Notes: a model not told the origin generated them from the sequence alone. DNA of 24,000 bases from Congzhengia sp. (GCA_045649085.1 JAZRPE010000040.1:14075-38074), one strand, 5' to 3'. Shown: positions 14,157 to 21,830, counted from the stretch's first letter. Program-made: numbers and translations.

Positions 14157-14803
14157 TTGACTACAAAATTTTAGCAAGTGGTTCTAAGGGGAACGCCGTT
14201 ATAATTGACAAATTTATAATGATTGATTGCGGTGTTCCTTTCAGAACACTTAATGACAACTATAAAGATTTAAAACTGTTGTTGCTTACACATAGACACA
14301 AGGACCACTTTTACATACAAACAATTAAAAGGCTTTCAACGGAAAGACCTACATTAAGAATAGGTTGTTGTGAATGGTTGGTACAGGCTTTAGTTGATGC
14401 AGGTATCAATAAGAGAAATATTGACGTGTATGAAATAGGCAAAATATACGATTATGGCTCTTTTAAAATTTCGCCTGTTAAGTTGTACCACGATGTTCCA
14501 AACTGTGGTTATCGCTTGTTTTTGGAAGGTGGAAAGGTGCTATATGCAACAGATACTAAGCATTTAAGCGGTATTGTTGCAAAAGACTATGACCTTTACT
14601 TGTTAGAAGCCAATTATACAGACGATGATATCAGCGCCAGGATAGAAGAAAAAGAACAAACCGGAGCATTCTCTTATGAAAGGCGAGTTGTAAACACACA
14701 TTTATCTCAAAAGCAATGTGATGATTTTATTGCAGAGAATGCAGGTGGCAGAAGCCTATATGTATACTTACATCAGCACAAGGAAGGTGGCAGGGATGTA
14801 TGA
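14153..14803 (+). CDS. MBL-fold metallo-hydrolase (probable nuclease partner of RecT)
   Basis: ILASGSKGNAVII and LLLTHRHKDH give the HxHxDH-type motif. The start is ATGA-coupled to recT. Confidence 0.8.
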   Translation: MIDYKILASGSKGNAVIIDKFIMIDCGVPFRTLNDNYKDLKLLLLTHRHKDHFYIQTIKRLSTERPTLRIGCCEWLVQALVDAGINKRNIDVYEIGKIYDYGSFKISPVKLYHDVPNCGYRLFLEGGKVLYATDTKHLSGIVAKDYDLYLLEANYTDDDISARIEEKEQTGAFSYERRVVNTHLSQKQCDDFIAENAGGRSLYVYLHQHKEGGRDV

Positions 14804-15434
14804 AGAAGTAGGCAGCATATACAAGGTCAAGGACAATCAGGCCATAATCGTTGCTCCTGTATCTCCTTACCTTTTGGAAAAGCAAAAAATAAATAAGTGT
14901 CTCGTGCGGTTTGACGATGGCAGAACCATAAACGCCGAGCAACGAAAGAAAGCTTATGCGATACTTTCTGACATTACAGAATTTACAGGAAATCTTCCTG
15001 AATATGAAAAGGAATTGCAAAAGTACTTTTACATAGCAAGGTACGGCGCTGAGTATTTCAGTTTATCAGACTGCACGGTATCAGAGGCAAGAGAATTTAT
15101 ATCATATCTTATTGATTTTTGCTTTGAAAACAATATAGGCACACGAGATACTCTCTTGAATCAAACAGACGATATAGGCAGATATTTGTATTCCTGTATC
15201 GCAAACAGAAAGTGTGCGGTATGTAATGCAAAAGCAGAAATACATCATTGCGAAGGCTCCCGTGTCGGTATGGGATTTAACCGAAACAAAATCGACAATG
15301 TAGGAAGAAAAGCAATAGCGTTGTGCCGCAGGCATCATAATCAGGCACACAATGACGAGTACGGCTTTTTTGCAAAGTATCACATATACGGCATACCGTT
15401 GGATGAGTATCTTGTTAAGAAATTGAAACTATAA
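14796..15434 (+). CDS. Phage protein with C-terminal HNH-like nuclease motif
   Basis: CAVCNAKAEIHHCEG...CRRHHNQAHND shows a Cys/His arrangement of the HNH type. The ATG at 14796 follows the RBS aggaaggtgg; the track start 14718 lies inside the upstream gene. Confidence 0.6.
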   Translation: MYEEVGSIYKVKDNQAIIVAPVSPYLLEKQKINKCLVRFDDGRTINAEQRKKAYAILSDITEFTGNLPEYEKELQKYFYIARYGAEYFSLSDCTVSEAREFISYLIDFCFENNIGTRDTLLNQTDDIGRYLYSCIANRKCAVCNAKAEIHHCEGSRVGMGFNRNKIDNVGRKAIALCRRHHNQAHNDEYGFFAKYHIYGIPLDEYLVKKLKL

Positions 15435-15445
15435 CGAGGTAAATT

Positions 15446-16216
15446 ATGAATTATATTGCTGAACTTAACGCCTTTGAGCGTGCGCTCGAAACTGTTCGGC
15501 TGCCAGCAAATGCTCAATTGCTTTGGTACAAGCTTATGTGCCTGGCAAATAGGAGTAATTGGTCTGAGTGGATAGAAGTAGATAACGGACGGCTTGCAGG
15601 AATGTTAGGTATTCATCGCAACTCTGTAATTTCCGCGCGTGATAAGTTAATTGAGAAAAATTTCATAGAGTATCAGCGAGGAAAAGGCAGAGGAATAGGA
15701 AGGTATAAAATTATCTCTTTGATGCACAAAAAAGATGCATCTACAAATGATTTGATGCACAATAACAGGGCAACAACTTGTGCATCAACCTGTGCATCAA
15801 ATTGTGCAGAAGGCGTAAAGAAAGAAAAGAACCAAAAGAAAGAAATAATAAATAATAATATTATTAAAACAAAAACAGAAACAGAAAAAAATGCTGCTGC
15901 GGTTGTGAAAGCATATCAGGACAATATCGGTTTTGTAAGTCCTGCGGTTTTTGAAAAGATTTGCGCTTGGCTTGATGATGTAGATGAAAGTCTGATTATT
16001 TACGCCATAGAACAGGCGGTATTTAACAACAAGCCTAATTGGCAGTATATAAATGCTATTCTCAATAATCACTTTAAGGCAGGGCGCAAGACAAGAGCCG
16101 ATGCAGAGAATGTGCCAAAGGCTAAGCCTAAAGAGGAAAAGAAAAGCCGATATGATTTTGCAGAGCTTGAGCGCAGAGCATTTATGAAAGTAGCGAAAGG
16201 AAATGATGATATATGA
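15446..16216 (+). CDS. Phage replisome organizer / DnaD-domain replication protein
   Basis: The N-terminal winged-helix-like part is LAGMLGIHRNSVISARDKLIEKNFIEYQRG. The C-terminal DnaD-type repeat is AYQDNIGFVSPAVFEKICAWLDD...LIIYAIEQAV...NWQYINAILNNHFKAG. Confidence 0.85.
   Translation: MNYIAELNAFERALETVRLPANAQLLWYKLMCLANRSNWSEWIEVDNGRLAGMLGIHRNSVISARDKLIEKNFIEYQRGKGRGIGRYKIISLMHKKDASTNDLMHNNRATTCASTCASNCAEGVKKEKNQKKEIINNNIIKTKTETEKNAAAVVKAYQDNIGFVSPAVFEKICAWLDDVDESLIIYAIEQAVFNNKPNWQYINAILNNHFKAGRKTRADAENVPKAKPKEEKKSRYDFAELERRAFMKVAKGNDDI
15779..15895. other. Candidate phage origin: 12-bp-periodic tgtgca(tcaa) repeats followed by an A-rich tract inside the organizer gene
   Basis: tgtgcatcaa occurs at 15779 and 15791, and tgtgca at 15803. 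gatgca(c/t) occurs at 15721, 15734 and 15754. A strongly A/T-rich tract spans about 15825-15895. Confidence 0.35.
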
Positions 16217-16533
16217 ACTTAACTAGATTTTCAAAAGATGTACATAAAAATGCAGTTGAACACGGTTGGTGGGAAGAAGAAAGAACTCTTGGCGAGATTA
16301 TAGCTCTTTGTCATAGTGAACTTTCAGAAGCTTTGGAAGAATACCGAAACGGAAAACCGTGTCTTTATTATGTAGATGGAAAGCCTGAAGGAATTGGCGC
16401 CGAATTGGCAGACTGCATCATTCGTATTTTGGACTACTGCGGAAGGCAGGGAATTGATATTGAGGAAATCATAAAGGAAAAGCACGAATTTAATAAATCA
16501 AGACCGTACAAGCACGGCGGAAAGGTTATATAA
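16213..16533 (+). CDS. MazG-like nucleotide pyrophosphohydrolase
   Basis: ALCHSELSEALEEYRNG and AELADCIIRILDYC give the EExxE/D-type helices of small phage MazG proteins. The start is ATGA-coupled. Confidence 0.7.
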   Translation: MNLTRFSKDVHKNAVEHGWWEEERTLGEIIALCHSELSEALEEYRNGKPCLYYVDGKPEGIGAELADCIIRILDYCGRQGIDIEEIIKEKHEFNKSRPYKHGGKVI

Positions 16534-16544
16534 GGTGCAGAGGA

Positions 16545-16793
16545 ATGAATGCAGAAAGTAGAGAGGTATCAAATTATATTATTAAAGAAAATTGTGGTAA
16601 GTGTTGCCATAATGAAGTATGTCAATACAAAGGCGCTTTTGATAGTGTCGTAAAGCGAGTTATTCACGAAGCACAAAAAGACAGTTATTTAATTGAAATG
16701 GATTTTAAGTGTAAATTTCATATGTACAAAGGCGGTACTACATACAAATTTAACAATCAACTTGAAACGTATACGAAAGGTGGTGCAGAGTAA
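16545..16793 (+). CDS. Hypothetical Cys-rich protein (82 aa)
   Basis: The ORF has the RBS ggtgcagagg. It contains CGKCCHNEVC. No family was recognised. Confidence 0.5.
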   Translation: MNAESREVSNYIIKENCGKCCHNEVCQYKGAFDSVVKRVIHEAQKDSYLIEMDFKCKFHMYKGGTTYKFNNQLETYTKGGAE

Positions 16794-17122
16794 TGGAGAT
16801 ATATGTAAATGCCAAAGGGCTGATAAAAGTATTTATGTTGAAAAATAAAGAAAAATTAAGGCTCGGCACCGTAATTAACGAAATTGAGCTTGCGGAAAAA
16901 GGACTTAACAGGCACGTCGATTTTGTAGAAGTGAAGCACGGACATAACAAAACAAGTATGCATCCTGTTGATGAGTTTTGGTGTTCAGAATGTGGCTTTT
17001 GTTGTGCCGACTATACTGAAACAAAGTATGACGAAGACGGAGATTACACCTATTCCTGCGAATGTGAATTCGATTATTGTCCTCGTTGTGGTGCAAAGAT
17101 GGACAAGGAGAGTGCACAATGA
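16793..17122 (+). CDS. Hypothetical zinc-ribbon protein (109 aa)
   Basis: CSECGFCC...CECEFDYCPRCG. The gene is coupled to its neighbours by overlapping start and stop codons. Confidence 0.5.
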   Translation: MEIYVNAKGLIKVFMLKNKEKLRLGTVINEIELAEKGLNRHVDFVEVKHGHNKTSMHPVDEFWCSECGFCCADYTETKYDEDGDYTYSCECEFDYCPRCGAKMDKESAQ

Positions 17123-17478
17123 CAATAACAATCCCCGACACACCGCCCTCGAACAATCTTTATATGGGCAATAGCCGTAATTTTAATGACTATCGTTTAA
17201 AAAAGCAAGAATGGCATTGGCTGATTAAGGCGGCACTAAGGATGATAGAAAAACCAAAAACACCATACCAAAAGGCGCTTGTAGAAATTACATATTATTT
17301 CAAAAAGCGCGGGCGTCGTGACCCTGACAATTTCAGCGGTAAAATGCTTCTTGACCCACTCGTGAGAGAAGGTGTTCTGATAGACGATAGCTTTGACAAT
17401 GTAGAGCTTCGGTTAAAAGGAAATTATGATAAGGACAATCCAAGAACGGAAATAAAAATAACTGAGATTAAGGAGTAA
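17119..17478 (+). CDS. rusA: RusA-family Holliday junction resolvase
   Basis: ITIPDTPPSNN...RRDPDNFSGKMLLDPLVREGVLIDDS is the RusA signature region. The ATG at 17119 is ATGA-coupled; the track start 17077 lies inside the upstream gene. Confidence 0.85.
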   Translation: MTITIPDTPPSNNLYMGNSRNFNDYRLKKQEWHWLIKAALRMIEKPKTPYQKALVEITYYFKKRGRRDPDNFSGKMLLDPLVREGVLIDDSFDNVELRLKGNYDKDNPRTEIKITEIKE

Positions 17479-17482
17479 TGAT

Positions 17483-17920
17483 ATGAACAGAAAACAAACA
17501 CAACTTGAAGTGTGTAAAGCTTTATTAGATAAAAGCAAGACCTGTAGAGGTCATAAAATCAATGAAAAGGAAATAGCCGTTACAGTTGACGGATTTACGG
17601 CGTATGTCTTTGATATAACCGAATGTGTGTTTGACACAACGAAGTTACTATCTATGCCGAATATTAAAGACTTTTTATCAGAAAATGCCAAGGATATTGA
17701 AATTACAAAAAGTAAAAAGTTGTTCGAATCAAACGGCAGAATTATTGAAAAGTATATTGGCGAAGGTATCGAGCTATATGCGTTTGCGGATAATACAAAG
17801 CATTTCAAAGGGTTACATTTGTTTGCTAATTCGCCGTTAAGTAGAGTGATAGCAAGGGATGATTTCGGTAGCACAATAGGACTATTTCTTCCTGTTAGAT
17901 ATGCTGAAAAAACAAATTAA
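17483..17920 (+). CDS. Hypothetical protein (145 aa)
   Basis: The ORF has the RBS taaggag. No motif was recognised. Confidence 0.55.
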   Translation: MNRKQTQLEVCKALLDKSKTCRGHKINEKEIAVTVDGFTAYVFDITECVFDTTKLLSMPNIKDFLSENAKDIEITKSKKLFESNGRIIEKYIGEGIELYAFADNTKHFKGLHLFANSPLSRVIARDDFGSTIGLFLPVRYAEKTN

Positions 17921-17942
17921 GTGCTGAAAGGAATGTAAATGT

Positions 17943-18341
17943 ATGAATAAAGTTATACTTGTTGGCCGCTTAACCAAAGACCCCGAACTGCGTGCAACAA
18001 CATCAGGTGTATCGGTAGCAAGTTTTACCGTAGCCTGCGACAGACGATTTGTAAAGCAGGGCGAGGAAAGAAAAGCAGATTTTATAAACTGTATTGCCTG
18101 GCGTCAAAGTGGCGAGGCAATTTCAAGATATTTCAAAAAGGGAGACCGTATTGCCCTTGAAGGAAGTATTCAGGTAAGAGATTGGCAAGACAACGACGGC
18201 AAAAAACGCTATGCAACAGAAGTTGTTGTGGATGAGTGGGAATTTGCACAGAGTAAAAATGAAGGTGCACCTGCAGTGTCAAACACAGAAGCAGACCTTG
18301 ACGGATTTATGCCTGTTGACGATGAAGACCTTCCGTTCTGA
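17943..18341 (+). CDS. ssb: Single-stranded DNA-binding protein
   Basis: MNKVILVGRLTKDPELR...F is an OB-fold start. The acidic C-terminal tip is DDEDLPF. Confidence 0.92.
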   Translation: MNKVILVGRLTKDPELRATTSGVSVASFTVACDRRFVKQGEERKADFINCIAWRQSGEAISRYFKKGDRIALEGSIQVRDWQDNDGKKRYATEVVVDEWEFAQSKNEGAPAVSNTEADLDGFMPVDDEDLPF

Positions 18342-18352
18342 TGAGGTGCGAT

Positions 18353-19753
18353 ATGAGAGAATTATTTATAGATAACTTCGCCGGCGGTGGCGGTGCTTCT
18401 ACAGGAATAGAAGCGGCAATAAAAAGGTCTGTTGATATTGCCATAAACCACGACCCCGATGCGATTGCAATGCATAAGGCAAACCACCCTAACACGAAGC
18501 ATTATTGTGAGGATGTGTGGGAAGTATCTCCAAAGGAAGCCTGCGGAGATAACCCTGTGGCACTTGCCTGGTTCAGTCCTGATTGCAAACACTTTTCAAG
18601 AGCGAAAGGCGGAAAGCCTGTTGATAAAAACATAAGAGGTCTTGCGTGGGTTGCAATAAAATGGGCGTATGAAGTAAGACCGAGAGTGTTGATGCTTGAA
18701 AATGTACCTGAGATACAGACGTGGGGACCATTGGGAGAAGATAACAAACCAATAAAGGAAAGAGCCGGAGAAACATTCAGAGGTTTTATTGCAGTATTAT
18801 CAGACGGACTGTCTAAGGAACATCCGGCGTTTGCTGAAATGTGTTCGGCGCTGAATATTGACATTAACTCTGATATGGCAGACGAACTTTCAAAGGGTTT
18901 GGGATATAAAGTAGAGTTTAAGGAATTAGTATCTTGTGACTACGGCGCTCCAACGTCACGAAAGCGATTCTATATGATTGCAAGATGCGATGGTAAGAAG
19001 ATTGTGTGGCCGTCGGCAACACACGCCCAACGAGAGAGTTTATTTGTACATAGCGGACAATGCAAACCCTATATATCTGCTGCAGAGTGCATTGATTGGA
19101 CTATTCCCGGAAAGAGCATATTTGACAGAAAGAAACCGTTGTGTGAAAAAACAATGAGACGCATCGCAAAAGGATTTAAAAAATTCGTCTTAGATAATCC
19201 TGAACCGTATATTGTTGACGATAAATATGTTCCGTATTTGATACAGTATCACGATGAAACGAGTGAAGATGAGGTGCGCGGACAAAGTGTTCTAGACCCC
19301 ATAATGACTTTAGATACATCGAACAGATATGCTCTTATCGCCCCTTATATTGTTACTTTGAGAAATAATATGACAGGGCAGCAGGTAGAAGAACCTATAA
19401 GCACAATTACCTGCAAAGACCATCACGAAGTCGTGTATGCTTATTTGATTAAATATTATAGTGGCATCCTTGCAAGTGATGTAAGCAAACCGATAGATAC
19501 ATTAACTACAATGGATAGATTTGCTTTGATAACAGTTCTCGGGGAAAAATATTATGTTAAAGACATACTTATGCGATTTTTAGAACCACGAGAAATGTTT
19601 AAAATGACAGGGTTCCCGGCAGAGTACAAAATTGATTATGACATAGACGGAAATGTCATATCAAGAGAGAAAAAGGTTGCTAAGTGCGGAAACGCAGTAA
19701 CACCGCCCGTAGCTACGGCGTTGGTTAGAGCGAATCTGCCTGAATATTGTTAG
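18353..19753 (+). CDS. DNA (cytosine-5)-methyltransferase, orphan
   Basis: Motif I is DNFAGGGG, motif IV SPDCKHFS, motif VI LMLENV, motif VIII TSRKRFYMIA, motif IX EPREMFKMTGFP and motif X CGNAVTPPVA. No restriction endonuclease gene is adjacent. The ATG at 18353 follows the RBS gaggtg; ATG 18341 is the alternative. Confidence 0.9.
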   Translation: MRELFIDNFAGGGGASTGIEAAIKRSVDIAINHDPDAIAMHKANHPNTKHYCEDVWEVSPKEACGDNPVALAWFSPDCKHFSRAKGGKPVDKNIRGLAWVAIKWAYEVRPRVLMLENVPEIQTWGPLGEDNKPIKERAGETFRGFIAVLSDGLSKEHPAFAEMCSALNIDINSDMADELSKGLGYKVEFKELVSCDYGAPTSRKRFYMIARCDGKKIVWPSATHAQRESLFVHSGQCKPYISAAECIDWTIPGKSIFDRKKPLCEKTMRRIAKGFKKFVLDNPEPYIVDDKYVPYLIQYHDETSEDEVRGQSVLDPIMTLDTSNRYALIAPYIVTLRNNMTGQQVEEPISTITCKDHHEVVYAYLIKYYSGILASDVSKPIDTLTTMDRFALITVLGEKYYVKDILMRFLEPREMFKMTGFPAEYKIDYDIDGNVISREKKVAKCGNAVTPPVATALVRANLPEYC

Positions 19754-19763
19754 GAGTGATTAT

Positions 19764-19994
19764 ATGTCGCAATGTGAAAGAATTGTTCAGTACATAAATC
19801 AGCACGGAAGTATTACACCGTTAGAAGCGGTAAACGACTTGGGGTGTATGAGGCTTGCAAGTCGCATAACAGATTTAAAACAGCGTGGAGTTTCCATTAT
19901 AAGCGAATGGGAAGAAGGTAAGAACCGCCGCGGCGAAAAAACAAGGTACAAAAGATATTTTATATTAAATAATACAAAGGAGAAAACATCATGA
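19764..19994 (+). CDS. Small winged-helix DNA-binding protein
   Basis: ERIVQYINQHGSITPLEAVNDLGCMRLASRITDLKQRG fits the phage wHTH pattern. Its stop is ATGA-coupled to DGR target 1. Confidence 0.6.
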   Translation: MSQCERIVQYINQHGSITPLEAVNDLGCMRLASRITDLKQRGVSIISEWEEGKNRRGEKTRYKRYFILNNTKEKTS

Positions 19995-20599
19995 AAAACT
20001 ATTTAAGGTTAAACGGAAAAGACATTGAGTTGACGGATGCGCAGGTCGAGGACATTAAAAAGTCCTTCGGTCTTGGCTCAAAAGAATTGGGAAAGGTCGA
20101 TGTAGGTAAAACTGCAAGAATTGGTGAGTTTGAGTTTGTTGTGCTTGAGCACAGCGCAGAAACAACAGCGGTTATCTTAAAGGGCCTTTACAAAGAAAGC
20201 GAAGAGTTCGGCAAAAACAATAATTTTGACGGCTCTTATGCGGACAAGCACTGCAAGGAGTTCGAAAAGAAGTTTGCCAAAGTTATCGGTTCTGAAAACA
20301 TCATTGAGCACAAGGTAGATTTAACAGCTGATGATGGTTTGAAGTGTTATGGTACAGTTCGCCGCAAGGTTTCATTATTAACTACAGACCTTTATCGCAG
20401 ATATGTATACATATTAGACGAATACAATCCTGAAAAATGGTGGTGGCTTGCTACACCGCACAGCACACCCAAGCATTGTGGCTATAACTGGGTAAAATGC
20501 GTTGCGCCCTCGGCTTACTTGTACTACAACTTCTACTACGACTATTACGGCGTGCGTCCGTTTTGTATCTTGAAATCTTCTATCTTTGTATCAGAATAA
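19991..20599 (+). CDS. DGR variable target protein 1 (202 aa)
   Basis: The C-terminus WWWLATPHSTPKHCGYNWVKCVAPSAYLYYNFYYDYYGVRPFCIL contains VR1. The WW..(S/T)P ... GVRP pattern resembles C-type-lectin-fold/DUF1566-like DGR targets. It is a paralogue of target 2. No signal peptide or TM is visible. Confidence 0.85.
   Translation: MKNYLRLNGKDIELTDAQVEDIKKSFGLGSKELGKVDVGKTARIGEFEFVVLEHSAETTAVILKGLYKESEEFGKNNNFDGSYADKHCKEFEKKFAKVIGSENIIEHKVDLTADDGLKCYGTVRRKVSLLTTDLYRRYVYILDEYNPEKWWWLATPHSTPKHCGYNWVKCVAPSAYLYYNFYYDYYGVRPFCILKSSIFVSE
20498..20561 (+). repeat. DGR variable repeat VR1
   Basis: The sequence tgcgttgcgccctcggctTacttgTacTacaacTTctacTacGacTatTacggcgtgcgtccgt has 9 differences from TR, all at TR adenines (capitalised). 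Confidence 0.9.
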
Positions 20600-20619
20600 A
20601 TTAAAAAAGGAGCATAATT

Positions 20620-21144
20620 ATGAAAACATTAAAAGAAATTGGAACAGGAAAAACATTTAGAGTGGCAGACATTGAGTTTGTCAAGGTAAAGGAAACCGAC
20701 AAAGGCACGATAGTAGTTACAAAGGATTGTCTTTTTGATTCTACATTTGGTAGTGACAATAACCTGCATGAAAGCAAAATTTTAAAAAGACTGCAGGAAG
20801 AAATCTTACCTAAGATTGAAGAGGCTGTAGGAGCTGAAAATGTACTTGAATTTGAAACAGACCTTACAACTCTTGACGGATTAAAACCTTATGAACCTTT
20901 AAAGTCAAAAATCAGCTTACCGACATTAGACTTCTATCGCGAGAATGTGGCGGTATTCGATGAACATAAAATTGACGGTTGGTGGTGGTTGGCAACTCCT
21001 GAAAGCGCAAAGCCACACAGTAACCCTACTTGGATAATTTGCGTTGCGCCCTCGGCTAACTTGAACAACAACCTCTACTACGACAATAACGGCGTGCGTC
21101 CGATTTTGTTCTTTGTATCTAATATCTCTGTATCTGAGAAATAA
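20620..21144 (+). CDS. DGR variable target protein 2 (174 aa)
   Basis: The RBS aaaggag is present. The C-terminus WWWLATPESAKPHSNPTWIICVAPSANLNNNLYYDNNGVRPILFF contains VR2. No signal peptide or TM is visible. Confidence 0.85.
   Translation: MKTLKEIGTGKTFRVADIEFVKVKETDKGTIVVTKDCLFDSTFGSDNNLHESKILKRLQEEILPKIEEAVGAENVLEFETDLTTLDGLKPYEPLKSKISLPTLDFYRENVAVFDEHKIDGWWWLATPESAKPHSNPTWIICVAPSANLNNNLYYDNNGVRPILFFVSNISVSEK
21038..21102 (+). repeat. DGR variable repeat VR2
   Basis: The sequence tttgcgttgcgccctcggctaacttgaacaacaacCTctacTacGacaataacggcgtgcgtccg has 4 differences from TR, all at TR adenines. Confidence 0.9.
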
Positions 21145-21151
21145 CAGGGTT

Positions 21152-21178
21152 CCCACGCTGCGCAGTACGCAGTGTGGG
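21152..21178 (+). promoter_or_regulatory. GC-rich hairpin 50 nt downstream of VR2 (candidate DGR target-recognition hairpin)
   Basis: The arms cccacgctgcg (21152-21162) and cgcagtgtggg (21168-21178) form an 11-bp stem with one G-T pair and a 5-nt loop cagta. No U-tract follows. Confidence 0.5.
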
Positions 21179-21254
21179 AGAGAGGACGAACTACGAAATG
21201 AAAATGATATTTTCTCACGGGAAAATATCTAAGAAATGGAGTAAGTGAGGACGA

Positions 21255-21626
21255 ATGAATGATGCCGATTTAAAGGTAATTGGAAAGGCAAAAGAACTCG
21301 CAAAGCATACTTACATACTAACAACGAACGCAGACAGATTTCCTAAAAAGGTCCGCCATTCCCTGGTGGATAAAATGCAGATAAAGTGCCTCGAAATTTA
21401 TGAGGCACTCTTTGAAGCAAATCGCATAAACAATAAAACCCATAAGAACGAACGATGCGAAAGAATTACAGATGCAATTACATATTGTGATGAGCTGCAG
21501 TTCTTTATAGAGCTTTCTATGGACTTGGGATATGTGAAGGATAAATCTGCAGGTTATTGGTCGGGGTTGGTAACGGATGTAAAGCGTATGTCTATTGCCT
21601 GGAGAACAAGTGAAAGAAAACAATAA
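21255..21626 (+). CDS. avd: Avd-like accessory variability determinant (four-helix-bundle protein)
   Basis: A 123-aa helical, basic protein (KAKELAKHTY...FPKKVRHSLVDKMQIKCLEIYEALFEAN...). It sits between the targets and TR exactly as bavd does in the BPP-1 DGR. Confidence 0.8.
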   Translation: MNDADLKVIGKAKELAKHTYILTTNADRFPKKVRHSLVDKMQIKCLEIYEALFEANRINNKTHKNERCERITDAITYCDELQFFIELSMDLGYVKDKSAGYWSGLVTDVKRMSIAWRTSERKQ

Positions 21627-21654
21627 TAAAATTAGGTTGTATGTTGTATTTTTC

Positions 21655-21720
21655 TTTGCGTTGCGCCCTCGGCTAACTTGAACAACAACAACTACAACAA
21701 CAATAACGGCGTGCGTCCGT
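21655..21720 (+). repeat. DGR template repeat (TR)
   Basis: The sequence is tttgcgttgcgccctcggct AAC TTG AAC AAC AAC AAC TAC AAC AAC AAT AAC ggcgtgcgtccgt. It has 19 adenines, all confined to 21675-21706, and both flanks are A-free. Confidence 0.9.
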
Positions 21721-21830
21721 ATTGGTGGAATGTCAGACAGAGTAGGCACTATGCCCAAATCAGAACACCCCTAACAAAAGAACATACAACCTTTCCTCTT
21801 ATGAGGATAAACAAAAAGGACTGTTGCTGT

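Noticed and set aside
15825-15895. The A-rich low-complexity tract as a separate repeat element
   Set aside because: It stays in frame and encodes a Lys/Asn/Glu/Thr-rich linker of the DnaD-like protein. It is treated only as a possible origin-associated AT-rich region.
12289-18864. Other internal or antisense ORFs (12289-12534, 12694-13164, 13971-14177, 14727-15020, 15102-15383, 15797-16072, 16750-16950, 16905-17156, 16968-17174, 17551-17874, 17625-17840, 18307-18495, 18362-18592, 18502-18864, 18573-18776)
   Set aside because: All overlap a tightly coupled plus-strand operon of recognisable phage genes, and none has a convincing RBS.
21152-21178. The hairpin after target 2 as a plain intrinsic terminator
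   Set aside because: The stem is followed by agagaggacg, not a U-tract. It is kept as a candidate DGR recognition hairpin instead, although termination cannot be excluded.
20926-21758. Minus-strand ORFs 20926-21156 and 21318-21758 (both contain HAVIVVV...VQVSRGRNA)
   Set aside because: They are antisense read-through of VR2 and of TR/avd. The shared peptide is just the reverse translation of the repeat. Neither has an RBS, and both overlap well-supported plus-strand genes.
21678-21830. N-terminal 51 codons of the track ORF 21678-22871 (MNNNNYNNNNGVRPYWW...)
   Set aside because: This stretch is the DGR template repeat plus spacer read in the target frame, with a TTG pseudo-start inside TR. 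The RT homology and a proper RBS begin at ATG 21831.
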